The notes: generated by a model not told the origin, from the sequence alone. 64,000 nt of DNA from Patescibacteria group bacterium (GCA_028704015.1 JAQVLT010000004.1:6052-70051); one strand, 5' to 3'; counted from the stretch's first letter, positions 11,156-19,622 are shown. Program-made: numbers and translations.

Positions 11156-11368
11156 TTATTCTGCATATTTTTTCAAATCGTAAATTGCAGAACAGGTAAA
11201 AACAATCTGTAATATTATAAATATGTAATCACCCAAAAATATGCTGTATATTTCTAGGCATACCCCCCCCAGAATATACAGCACATCTTGAGCCAATCTA
11301 TCTTTTTTTATAATTCCCAGAGAAATTACGAGCAGACCGAAGGCTCCAATTAATTTAAAAATAAACAT
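11156..11368 (-). CDS. Small membrane protein (70 aa), hypothetical
   Basis: Two hydrophobic helices. Confidence 0.35.
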   Translation of the reverse strand: MFIFKLIGAFGLLVISLGIIKKDRLAQDVLYILGGVCLEIYSIFLGDYIFIILQIVFTCSAIYDLKKYAE

Positions 11369-11373
11369 AAATA

Positions 11374-12813
11374 TTATTGATTAATCCCTATAACTGGTTG
11401 TCCTAAGGGGTAAAGATATAAAATTTTTGCCGACACAGTCACAATATTTTCCCATTTATAGCCAAGCTTTTCAAATAATTCTCCGGAAGTAAAAGCTCTC
11501 TTTTCACCGTTAGCGATCAAATAAACTCCGGGATCTATTGATGTTTTTAACAATTCGCCATTTTCAAAAAGTACCGGACTTGTCGTCTCATAACCGTCTA
11601 ATAATTTTGGATCAGTTGCTTTTATTTTTTTATTTTTAAACTTTGTAGTTAAAAATATTCGATCAATAATTGGCGCTTTTTTGTTTTCATAAACCCAATA
11701 CACCCCGCCGGTTTTTTTGTTCTGCATCAATTCTCCGGTAACGGCGGTTGAAGTAGCGGTAATAATCTGGCCGTCGGCGTATGATTTTAAATCATCAACA
11801 CCGCCTTCAATAACTTCTTCGGGATTAAAGCCGATTTTCTTAAAAGTTTTGGTGTCGGCGATTAATCTTTTTTTATCGTCCACAAGTAAATAAATTTTTT
11901 TATCCGGCGTTTTTACGAGAGAATATTGAGGAAACTTTATTGAATCGCCGGTTCCATAGTTGTCTAATATATCTTTGCTTACAACAATAACTTTTTTAAT
12001 ATCAAATCTTGAAGTAAGCGCGCCTTTTGAAGTGAACGGCCTCTTCATGCCGTTTTGAATCAGCCAGATTCCCGGCTCACCGGACGCTTGCAATAATGAT
12101 CCGTCAGGATAATCCACAAAACTGCCGAAATATTTTTTCCAAAGTTTATAAAAATTGTAATTTCCGTTAAATACGTGCGGAGTGTAATTGTACAGAGCCG
12201 CGGTTGCGCGGTTTACTGGCGTCACTAAAGCCCCGTTAGTTTTATTGACATCATTTAAACTATAAAAAGTATAGGTTTGCCCGGCTTTATAAGTATAAAG
12301 CTGAGGATTGTCGATGTAATCGCGAAATTGCAGAGAAGCGCTATTTACTTGTTTCCAAAATCCCTGCCAGCGCGCATTACAACCGCCACTGTCAGGGCAG
12401 CCATAACCGGTAGCCCAGTCCAACTTGCTTTGTTTAGGATTTTTATCTTCAATTAATCCTTGTTCTTTTTGCAGTAATACTATTAAAAATTTCGGGCTGA
12501 TTTGGTTTGTTGTAGCGCGATCATAAATGATTTCCGCCGCTGTCATTAACTTGCCGTCCGGGTTAGCACAGGAATAATTTGCCAAATATCCGCCTTTGTT
12601 ATTCAGAAAAATTTTGATCTGTTCCAAGCTCATGGACTGATAATTTAACACCTGATCATCGCTAATAATATAGCTGGGGTTAAAATCAGCATCTTCAACT
12701 TCGGTAGCTTCAGCGGGAAAAGCGCAAAAAAATAAACAAACAATCAGGGGCGGCAAAATAAATTTTTTTAAAAATAAATTCATCATAAAACAAAAAACGC
12801 AATAAATATTCAA
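11374..12813 (-). CDS. Secreted hypothetical protein (signal peptide, Cys-rich central region)
   Basis: N-terminal hydrophobic signal; 479 aa; no catalytic motif recognised. Confidence 0.55.
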   Translation of the reverse strand: MNIYCVFCFMMNLFLKKFILPPLIVCLFFCAFPAEATEVEDADFNPSYIISDDQVLNYQSMSLEQIKIFLNNKGGYLANYSCANPDGKLMTAAEIIYDRATTNQISPKFLIVLLQKEQGLIEDKNPKQSKLDWATGYGCPDSGGCNARWQGFWKQVNSASLQFRDYIDNPQLYTYKAGQTYTFYSLNDVNKTNGALVTPVNRATAALYNYTPHVFNGNYNFYKLWKKYFGSFVDYPDGSLLQASGEPGIWLIQNGMKRPFTSKGALTSRFDIKKVIVVSKDILDNYGTGDSIKFPQYSLVKTPDKKIYLLVDDKKRLIADTKTFKKIGFNPEEVIEGGVDDLKSYADGQIITATSTAVTGELMQNKKTGGVYWVYENKKAPIIDRIFLTTKFKNKKIKATDPKLLDGYETTSPVLFENGELLKTSIDPGVYLIANGEKRAFTSGELFEKLGYKWENIVTVSAKILYLYPLGQPVIGINQ

Positions 12814-12926
12814 ATTATTGTTATATTTTTATTATAGTAAAATTTTAAATTTAAAGCAATGATTTTATTTGCAAATTTATTTAAAATTACATAGAATAGT
12901 ATTATCCTTATCATTTATCAAAATAT

Positions 12927-13271
12927 ATGAATTTATTAATAAAATTTTTAATCATGATTGCAGCAATATTAATTACCGCCTATCTATTGCCTGGCGTAGT
13001 TATTGGTGGAATTTGGTCGGCAATCTGGGTGGCAATAATTATTGGAATAATAAATGTAACCTTAAAACCATTACTTATTTTATTAACTTTGCCAGTGAAT
13101 ATTCTAACGCTCGGCTTATTTACATTTGTCATCAATGCCTTAATGATTTTGCTGGCATCAAGTATAATTAAGGGTTTTGAAGTTAGCGGTTTTTGGATCG
13201 CGATGTTATTTAGCATTGTTTTGTCATTAATCAGTTATTTGTTAAATAGTTTATTCAAAGCGTTTGAATAA
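12927..13271 (+). CDS. Phage holin family 4_2 (DUF360, YvlD-like) membrane protein
   Basis: LPGVVIGG...IINVTLKPLLILLTLPVNILTLGLFTFVINALMILLAS closely follows the YvlD/DUF360 pattern; 114 aa, 4 TM. Confidence 0.75.
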   Translation: MNLLIKFLIMIAAILITAYLLPGVVIGGIWSAIWVAIIIGIINVTLKPLLILLTLPVNILTLGLFTFVINALMILLASSIIKGFEVSGFWIAMLFSIVLSLISYLLNSLFKAFE

Positions 13272-13280
13272 TAACAATCG

Positions 13281-13340
13281 CGAAGTGTGATATAGCGGTA
13301 TTACGTCCCGCCGCGGCGGGATAATCCGGGTTCAGATTTG
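13281..13340 (+). pseudogene. tRNA-like fragment (5' half duplicated from the downstream tRNA; anticodon arm replaced by a GC palindrome)
   Basis: CGAAGTGTGATATAGCGGTATTACG and ...TAATCCGGGTTCA align with tRNA 13386-13456. There is no 3' acceptor complement, and the anticodon region is TCCCGCCGCGGCGGGA (5-bp stem, 6-nt loop). Confidence 0.5.
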
Positions 13341-13385
13341 GGTTAAAAAAAATCAAATTACTTTTAATAACTAAAGTTGTTATAT

Positions 13386-13456
13386 CGGAGTGTGGTATAA
13401 CGGTATTACGCACGCTTCGGGTGCGTGTAATCCGGGTTCAATTCCCGGCACTCCGA
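13386..13456 (+). tRNA. tRNA-Pro (anticodon CGG)
   Basis: Cloverleaf folded by hand: acceptor CGGAGTG/CACTCCG, U8, A14, GG in the D loop, anticodon stem CACGC/GCGTG with loop TTCGGGT (U33, CGG, G37), T arm CCGGG-TTCAATT-CCCGG, discriminator A. 71 nt, CCA not encoded. Confidence 0.65.
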
Positions 13457-13479
13457 CAAAATCAAAAAACTCTTACTCT

Positions 13480-14220
13480 ATGAAAAAATTATACCTGTTA
13501 ATTATTTTTATTATTATTTTAGGCGCCTATTTGTATTGCTCCTATGTTTTTATTTACAAAAAAATTGATTGGGCTGGCTTAAGATCGCCTGACAGCCAAA
13601 AAATTTATTTAATCAATAACAATATGCAATCCGGTAAAAATTTGATCTACGTTGCCCTGGGCGATAGTTTAACTGCCGGCGTAGGCGCGGATAAATACGA
13701 ACAATCTTTTACTTATTTATTAGCGCAAAAAATAGCCGGCGATAATCAGATAACTTTAAAAGATTACGGATTGCCAGGCGCTAAGACCGATGATTTGATA
13801 GAAAAACTTTTAAATTCAGCGATTACCGATCAGCCGGATATTCTGACACTATTGATTGGCGTTAATGATGTGCATTATCGGGTTGGCAAAGACGAATTCC
13901 AAAAAAATTACGATGAAATTTTGCGACAACTTACCGCGAAAACAAAAGCCAAAATTTATTTGATTAATATTCCTTACATCGGCGCCAATGATTTGATATT
14001 GCCGCCTTATGATTCTTATTTTGAGTCGCGCGCTCAAGAATTTAACGTCGTAATTAAGGAATTGGCGGAAAAATATCAACTTAAATATATTGATTTATAC
14101 ACCCCGACCGTAGACCAGTTCAAAAAAAACGGCCCGCATTATTCGGCCGATTCTTTTCACCCTTCCGCCGAAGGTTACGCTGTTTGGGCGCAAATAATTT
14201 ATGATCAAATCAATCAGTAA
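13480..14220 (+). CDS. SGNH/GDSL-family hydrolase
   Basis: GDSLTAG (block I), GVNDV and DSFHPSAEGY (catalytic His block). Start set at MKKLYLL because the track's upstream Met would run through the tRNA. Confidence 0.75.
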   Translation: MKKLYLLIIFIIILGAYLYCSYVFIYKKIDWAGLRSPDSQKIYLINNNMQSGKNLIYVALGDSLTAGVGADKYEQSFTYLLAQKIAGDNQITLKDYGLPGAKTDDLIEKLLNSAITDQPDILTLLIGVNDVHYRVGKDEFQKNYDEILRQLTAKTKAKIYLINIPYIGANDLILPPYDSYFESRAQEFNVVIKELAEKYQLKYIDLYTPTVDQFKKNGPHYSADSFHPSAEGYAVWAQIIYDQINQ

Positions 14221-15346
14221 TCCCATTGAAGCCACTTGGATTTTTTCCATTATTTTAATTATCGCGTTGCTGGCCACCGCGCGCCGCAAGAAAGACAACG
14301 ATTTTTTTTCTCTCGCACTCACGCAAGAGTTGAAGGGGTTGGCGATTTTAGCCGTGGTCTTTTCGCATTTCGGTTATTTTTTGACAAGCGATAATCATTT
14401 TTTATTTCCGCTATCCACCTTGGCGGGCGTGGGCGTTAATCTGTTTTTGCTTCTTTCCGGGCTCGGGTTGGTTACCAGCGCCCTGAAAAAACCGTTGCCC
14501 ATTTTCCAATTTTATAAAAAACGTTTGTTGAAATTGTTCGCGCCGCTTTGGATCACGCTAATTGTTTTCTTAACTTTGGATTATTTTGTTTTGCATTTGA
14601 CTTATTCTTGGCCGGTAGTTCTTCAGGCATTTTTGGGCATCTTTCGCCACGCGAACCTCTATACCGATATCAATTCGCCGCTTTGGTATTTCACTTTGAT
14701 TTTATTTTATTATTTGATTTTTCCTTTGGTTTTTTCAAAAAAATACCCTTGGCTCTCGGCTTTGATTATTTATTTTGTTCCGTATTTTATCTTACGGGAA
14801 AATCCGGGCTGGCTGATTAATGTTTTGGGAATGTATCAGGTGCATCTCATGGCTTTTCCGTTGGGAATGATTTTTGGCTGGTTATTTTATAATCCCGGCT
14901 GCTTGGCGCGATTGCCATGGTTTAAAGTAATCGCCGAAAAACTCAAATGCCAAAATAAATTTGCCAAGCTGGTAAAAAATATTAAACCCGCCAGTTATTA
15001 TTTTCTAATGATTTCTTTGATCGTTTTTATTATGCACTTTGTTTGTTATTCCGGAGTGGGTGAGGGGCTCGACAAGGAACAATGGATTAGTATAATTACA
15101 GTCCTGGCGATTATGTTTTTGTTCATCATAAAAAAAATTGAATTTAAATTGTTTTATTGGTTTGGCGTGTACTCTTATGAAATTTATTTAATTCATTGGC
15201 CGCTGGCTTATCGTTATGATGTATTTTATAAATACTTGCCGGCTTGGCTCGCGACTGTTTTTTGTCTGGCGTTTGTTTGGTTTTTAAGCAAAGGGCTGAA
15301 TAAATTGTCAAAAATAATTTTAAGTAAAACTGTTAAACTAAATTAA
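14201..15346 (+). CDS. Acyltransferase-3 family membrane O-acyltransferase
   Basis: ELKGLAILAVVFSHFG hallmark and about 10 TM segments. Overlaps the SGNH gene by 20 nt. Confidence 0.75.
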   Translation: MIKSISNPIEATWIFSIILIIALLATARRKKDNDFFSLALTQELKGLAILAVVFSHFGYFLTSDNHFLFPLSTLAGVGVNLFLLLSGLGLVTSALKKPLPIFQFYKKRLLKLFAPLWITLIVFLTLDYFVLHLTYSWPVVLQAFLGIFRHANLYTDINSPLWYFTLILFYYLIFPLVFSKKYPWLSALIIYFVPYFILRENPGWLINVLGMYQVHLMAFPLGMIFGWLFYNPGCLARLPWFKVIAEKLKCQNKFAKLVKNIKPASYYFLMISLIVFIMHFVCYSGVGEGLDKEQWISIITVLAIMFLFIIKKIEFKLFYWFGVYSYEIYLIHWPLAYRYDVFYKYLPAWLATVFCLAFVWFLSKGLNKLSKIILSKTVKLN

Positions 15347-15351
15347 AATTT

Positions 15352-16362
15352 ATGAATCTTGGCAATCTAAATGTAATCTTAAAATCGTTTCCGTCTTTTC
15401 GCTTTAAACAAGCTGAAGAGGCGATTTACAAAAATCTAATCTCTAATTGGAATGAATCAAATTTACCGAAAGAACTGAAAGAATTATTAAGCAAAGAATG
15501 TCCGCTGGAAATTAAAGCTGAATTGCTAAAATCTAAAGACGGAAAAACTTACAAAGCTTTAATTAATTTGGAAGATGAAAACGCTATTGAGACAGTCCTG
15601 ATGCGCCATAAAGATGACCGAAATACCGTCTGTGTTTCCTCGCAAGTCGGCTGCGCGCTGGGCTGTGATTTCTGCGCCACTGGAAAATCAGGTTTTAAAA
15701 GAAATTTGACCAGCGGAGAAATTATTGAGCAGGTTTTATTTTTTGCTCGTTTCTTAAAAAAAGAAGGCCAAGCAATTACTAATGTAGTATTTATGGGAAT
15801 GGGGGAGCCATTATTAAATTACGACGAGGTGATAAGAGCGATTAAAATTATCAATGACAAAAATAAATTTAATATCGGCGCGAGAAAAATTTCCGTTTCC
15901 ACTGTCGGAATTATTGAAGGCATAAAAAAATTAACCAAAGAACCTCTGCAAATAAATTTAGCGCTTTCTCTACACGCGCCCGACGATAAACTAAGGAATG
16001 AACTCATGCCGATAAACAATAAATATCCGCTAAAAAAAATACTGAGTACGATAAAAGAATATATCGCGAGAACTAACCGCAAAGTAATGATAGAATATTT
16101 GATGCTTGAAAATATCAATGACTATCCCGAGCAAGCCGTTCAATTAGCGGAGTTATTGAACAATAATTTAGAAAGTTTGTACTTCGTAAATTTAATTTCC
16201 TATAACCCAACGGGAATATATAAACCGTCACGCTCCGAAAGAATTGAAAAATTTAAAGAAAATCTGGAAAAATGCGGAGTAGACGCCATTCAAAGATATC
16301 GTTACGGCGTTGATATTAAAGGCGCTTGCGGACAGTTGGCGGGAAAAAGACGCACGAAATAA
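15352..16362 (+). CDS. rlmN: 23S rRNA/tRNA adenine-C2 methyltransferase RlmN (radical SAM)
   Basis: CALGCDFCATG CxxxCxxC cluster and a GMGEPLLN motif. Confidence 0.8.
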   Translation: MNLGNLNVILKSFPSFRFKQAEEAIYKNLISNWNESNLPKELKELLSKECPLEIKAELLKSKDGKTYKALINLEDENAIETVLMRHKDDRNTVCVSSQVGCALGCDFCATGKSGFKRNLTSGEIIEQVLFFARFLKKEGQAITNVVFMGMGEPLLNYDEVIRAIKIINDKNKFNIGARKISVSTVGIIEGIKKLTKEPLQINLALSLHAPDDKLRNELMPINNKYPLKKILSTIKEYIARTNRKVMIEYLMLENINDYPEQAVQLAELLNNNLESLYFVNLISYNPTGIYKPSRSERIEKFKENLEKCGVDAIQRYRYGVDIKGACGQLAGKRRTK

Positions 16363-16364
16363 TT

Positions 16365-17069
16365 ATGATTATAAAAAATAAAAAAATAATTCACGGAATT
16401 TCTCTCAGAAAAAACGGCTCAATGAAATTTCTCGGCAACATTCAAGATGAATTAATTAAAAATAACAGAAAAAAATTCTTTGCCAAAATTAATATCAAAG
16501 AAAATAATATTATTTCCGCCGGCCTGTCGCACCAAGATAATATAAAAATAATTTCGCAAAAAGACAAAGGAAAAATAATCAAGAATTGCGACGGACTCGT
16601 CACTATTGAAAAAAATTTAATTTTAACCGTAACAGTTGCCGATTGCCTGCCAATTTTTATTTATGATCGCGAGAAAAAGATTGCGGGAATTATTCATGCC
16701 AGCTGGCGCAATTTGCGTTTGAATATTTTATCCCAGGCCGTTGAGCTATTAAAAAATAAATACAAAATCAATCCAAAAAATTTGTTAGTTCATATTGGTC
16801 CGTATATTAGTAAATGCCATTTTGAGGTAAAAAACGACGTCGCAAATAAATTTAAAAAATATAAAAATGCGATAATTATAAAAGATAAAAAAATATTTAT
16901 TGATTTGGCGGAAATTGCCAGAGGGCAATTAATAAGAGGGGATATAATAAAGAAAAATATAAAAATCAGCAAAGAATGTACGTATCACCAAAAAAATAAA
17001 TATTTTTCGCATCGTCGTGAAAAAACCAAAGATATTAAAGCAATGATCGCGTATATCGGCTTAAAATAA
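16365..17069 (+). CDS. pgeF: Peptidoglycan editing factor PgeF / YfiH (DUF152 laccase-domain protein)
   Basis: TVADCLPIFIYD and HASWRN motifs. Start at MIIKNKK just after the rlmN stop. Confidence 0.7.
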   Translation: MIIKNKKIIHGISLRKNGSMKFLGNIQDELIKNNRKKFFAKINIKENNIISAGLSHQDNIKIISQKDKGKIIKNCDGLVTIEKNLILTVTVADCLPIFIYDREKKIAGIIHASWRNLRLNILSQAVELLKNKYKINPKNLLVHIGPYISKCHFEVKNDVANKFKKYKNAIIIKDKKIFIDLAEIARGQLIRGDIIKKNIKISKECTYHQKNKYFSHRREKTKDIKAMIAYIGLK

Positions 17070-17092
17070 TTGTAATATAATAAATTTAAATT

Positions 17093-17677
17093 ATGAATTT
17101 TGCCCATTGGTTAGTTATATTAAGCGTATTTGTAAGCGCTAGCGGTTCCTACGCGTATATTCGTGATACGTTAAGCGGAAAAACAAAACCAAATCGCGTG
17201 TCTTGGTTAATGTGGTCATTGGCGCCGCTTATTGGAACTTTAGCTGCTTTATCAATAAAAGCTGATTTTTGGGCAACTTCTCGTATTTTTTTGGCAGGAT
17301 TTTTCCCCCTGCTAGTTTTTATATTTTCTTTTGTAAACCCAAAAAGTTATTGGAAATTAACCATATTTGATGTTATCTGCGGTATTTGTTCTGTAGTCGC
17401 TTTAATTGCTTGGTGGTTAATAAATTCACCACAAATAGCAATACTTATGTCTGCGATTGGAGATGGTTTTGCTGCTCTGCCCACTATTAGAAAAGCTTGG
17501 AAATTTCCCGAGAGTGAAACTGGAATAACTTATGCCGCCGCATTAATAAGTGTCATACTAGTCCTGCCTTCCATCCCTGTTTGGGATATTAAAAATTCTG
17601 CTTTCCAAATTTATCTTTTACTAGCCAATTCAATTTTATTGTTTGCCGTGTATCGAAAAAAAATATTTTCATTATAA
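17093..17677 (+). CDS. Hypothetical integral membrane protein
   Basis: Five or six hydrophobic segments. Confidence 0.5.
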   Translation: MNFAHWLVILSVFVSASGSYAYIRDTLSGKTKPNRVSWLMWSLAPLIGTLAALSIKADFWATSRIFLAGFFPLLVFIFSFVNPKSYWKLTIFDVICGICSVVALIAWWLINSPQIAILMSAIGDGFAALPTIRKAWKFPESETGITYAAALISVILVLPSIPVWDIKNSAFQIYLLLANSILLFAVYRKKIFSL

Positions 17678-17681
17678 AAAC

Positions 17682-17948
17682 ATGTTAAAAAAAATTATCA
17701 AAACATTTCAAGATAAAAAAGAAGTTTATTTGCGCGTAAAAATTCATCCCAACTCTTCCCAAAATAAAATTACGGAAATAATGTCTGATGAAACCGTTAA
17801 AATCAATATCGCCGCGCAGCCGGTCAAAGGAAAGGCAAATCAGGAATTGATAAAATTTCTGGCGCAAGAATTTGGCGTGACAAAAAATAATATCAAAATT
17901 ATCAGCGGAGCGGGGGAGAGAGTAAAATTGGTAAAAATTATTGGATAA
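17682..17948 (+). CDS. DUF167 (YggU) family protein
   Basis: AQPVKGKANQELIKFLAQEFGV...ISGAGERVKLVKI fits the DUF167 pattern. Start at MLKKIIK. Confidence 0.6.
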   Translation: MLKKIIKTFQDKKEVYLRVKIHPNSSQNKITEIMSDETVKINIAAQPVKGKANQELIKFLAQEFGVTKNNIKIISGAGERVKLVKIIG

Positions 17949-17953
17949 TTTTA

Positions 17954-18003
17954 TTTTGTCATCTCAACGATCCCGCCCGCGGCGGGACTCGGAATGACAA
18001 AAA
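17954..18003. repeat. Short palindromic element with TTTTGTCAT / ATGACAAAA termini and internal TCCCGCCCGCGGCGGGA hairpin
   Basis: The terminal inverted repeats match the larger element at 41900-42060. The core hairpin is near-identical to the anticodon-arm replacement in the pseudo-tRNA at 13306-13321. Confidence 0.5.
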
Positions 18004-18009
18004 TGATGT

Positions 18010-18669
18010 ATGGAAACCAATTCTAAAAAAATTCCCAATCATATCGGCATAATCATCGGCGGCCAAGAAGAATGGGCGCGTGAACGCAATCTGCCGAAAG
18101 AAGACGGCTATGCCAAGTCTTTTGAAAAAATTTGGCGCGCGCCAAGTTGGTTTTTTAATAATGGCGTAAAAATTATTTCGGTTTTGATTTTATCCGCCAG
18201 CGATTGGGAAAAAGATCAGGAAAAATTAAATAATTTGCTCAAACAACTAAAAATTTCTCTGGAAAACCAGTTGAAAGAAGATTTTCATTTCAAAATAAAT
18301 ATTTATGGCGCGACCAATGAGCTTCCCGGTGATCTACCAGATCTTTGCGCGGAAATTATTGATAAAACAAAAAACAATTCCGAGGGGGCACTAAACCTTT
18401 TTATAAATTACAGCGGCCGAGGAGAAATAATAGGCGCGGTGCAAAAAATGATAAACAATAATATACAAGTTGAACAAACTCACGAGGGAATTTTAAGAAA
18501 ATATTTATTAAGCAGCGAGGCGCCTGACCTTGATTTGATTTTATTAACCGGCGGCATTAAAAATTTACCAGACTTTTTGCCTTGGCAATCTATCAATAGC
18601 CGGATAATTTTGTCCAACAAATATTGGCCGGACATTGAAGAGAAAGATGCGGAAAATATTTTAAAATAA
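18010..18669 (+). CDS. Undecaprenyl-diphosphate synthase (cis-prenyltransferase) family protein, divergent
   Basis: HIGIIIGGQEEWA aligns to the UPPS HVAIIMDGNGRWA box, and LLTGG...PDFLPWQS...WPD to the C-terminal RTSGE...FLLWQ...WPDF box. In this by-eye alignment the catalytic Asp position is Gly. Confidence 0.55.
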   Translation: METNSKKIPNHIGIIIGGQEEWARERNLPKEDGYAKSFEKIWRAPSWFFNNGVKIISVLILSASDWEKDQEKLNNLLKQLKISLENQLKEDFHFKINIYGATNELPGDLPDLCAEIIDKTKNNSEGALNLFINYSGRGEIIGAVQKMINNNIQVEQTHEGILRKYLLSSEAPDLDLILLTGGIKNLPDFLPWQSINSRIILSNKYWPDIEEKDAENILK

Positions 18670-18695
18670 CTAAAATTATTTTACTTTTTGAAATA

Positions 18696-18724
18696 TTGAC
18701 ATTGTGTTAACATGGTGGTATTAT
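18696..18724 (+). promoter_or_regulatory. Consensus sigma70-type promoter TTGACA-17 nt-TATTAT
   Basis: TTGACA at 18696-18701, exact 17-nt spacer, TATTAT at 18719-18724, about 75 nt upstream of the GC-rich ORF. Confidence 0.55.
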
Positions 18725-18797
18725 ATTTCATAAACTTTTACGTTCATTTAATATCACCAACACTAATCACGTCACAAACAAGGAAAAGGAGGGGGCT

Positions 18798-19466
18798 ATG
18801 CCAAGTTGGATTCTCGGACTAAACCAGACAAACTTTATCGACCCGGATCTTCTTGGCGAAGAAGAGGTTGATAAGGGGTATGCTCCACTGTCAGGGAAAT
18901 GGATCGCCGGCGAAGAAGAACGATGCTACTTGCCCGAGCCTGACGGAGACGAAGAACCCGATGACGTTGTCGTCAAAGCAAATCCCGTACCGCCTTTAGC
19001 TACGGGCTGGGAAGAGCTGGTGACCGCCGGTGGTCTCATGCTTACGGATTATTTGGCGCTGGCAGGCGACAAAGATCCGATATTCGGCGTTGTGCTGCTC
19101 ACGGCAAGTACGATCATCAGAGACAGGGGCTGTTCTGCGGGAGGCACTCTTGGCAAAAGCAAGGTTACCACCCGTCGAATAAAGATGCAGGCGCATCGTT
19201 GCAACGGCAGAAAGCCTTGGTTTGAAACAAGGAAAAGAAAAAAACTGCCGATTTCGTTCACCACCGGTCATCTCCTGCCAAACTTCGCTGCCTATGATGT
19301 TTTGGCGGTAACCATCGCCCAGCTGATGGTAATCACTGGGCGCGCCAAGCCGACAAATGACCCCCCCGAGGAGGAAAAACCCGAGTTCGCCATCGCGCCC
19401 GAAGACATCTATGAGATGATGAGCGGACAGAAGCAGCTCTGGCCACAAATTTCACGGGCAATGTGA
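18798..19466 (+). CDS. Hypothetical protein (222 aa), GC-rich foreign-looking gene; acidic N- and C-terminal segments, basic RK-rich centre
   Basis: Strong SD AAGGAGGGGG 4 nt before the ATG. GC and codon usage (GCC/CTG/CCG) are very different from the neighbours. Own promoter and two terminators. No family recognised. Confidence 0.6.
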   Translation: MPSWILGLNQTNFIDPDLLGEEEVDKGYAPLSGKWIAGEEERCYLPEPDGDEEPDDVVVKANPVPPLATGWEELVTAGGLMLTDYLALAGDKDPIFGVVLLTASTIIRDRGCSAGGTLGKSKVTTRRIKMQAHRCNGRKPWFETRKRKKLPISFTTGHLLPNFAAYDVLAVTIAQLMVITGRAKPTNDPPEEEKPEFAIAPEDIYEMMSGQKQLWPQISRAM

Positions 19467-19480
19467 GTTATTTTTCTTCC

Positions 19481-19515
19481 GAGGAGGACGAGGTAATCGT
19501 CCTCCTCATTTTTTA
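19481..19515 (+). terminator. Rho-independent terminator 1 (GAGGAGGACGA...TCGTCCTCCTC + T-run)
   Basis: 11-bp stem, then ATTTTTTAT, 15 nt after the stop. Confidence 0.6.
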
Positions 19516-19553
19516 TCATTTTAAAAGAGTGATTTTTTTTTATTTTTAAATTT

Positions 19554-19595
19554 AAGACGCCCGATGTCTTGCGGGAGACATCGGGCGTCTTTTTA
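19554..19595 (+). terminator. Rho-independent terminator 2 (AAGACGCCCGATGTCTT...AGACATCGGGCGTCTT + TTTTA)
   Basis: 16-bp stem followed by a T-run. A tandem second terminator. Confidence 0.6.
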
Positions 19596-19622
19596 TAGTG
19601 TTAATTTTTGGAAGCAATAACA

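Noticed and set aside
12869-13216. ORFs 12869-13171 (+) and 12980-13216 (-) overlapping the DUF360 gene
   Set aside because: They are out-of-frame or antisense overlaps of a well-supported, family-matching ORF (12927-13271).
13390-13479. Upstream extension of the SGNH hydrolase ORF (MWYNGITHASGACNPGSIPG...)
   Set aside because: It would translate straight through the tRNA-Pro gene (13386-13456). The internal Met at 13480 followed by a hydrophobic signal-like segment is the credible start.
14548-16118. Internal or antisense ORFs 14548-14820 (+) and 15819-16118 (-)
   Set aside because: They are embedded in the acyltransferase-3 and rlmN genes respectively, with hydrophobic low-complexity translations and no independent signals.
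18996-19448. 150-aa minus-strand ORF inside the GC-rich cassette
   Set aside because: The promoter, SD and both terminators are oriented for the plus-strand 222-aa ORF. The minus-strand frame lacks a start context and is typical of the open antisense frames seen in GC-rich DNA.
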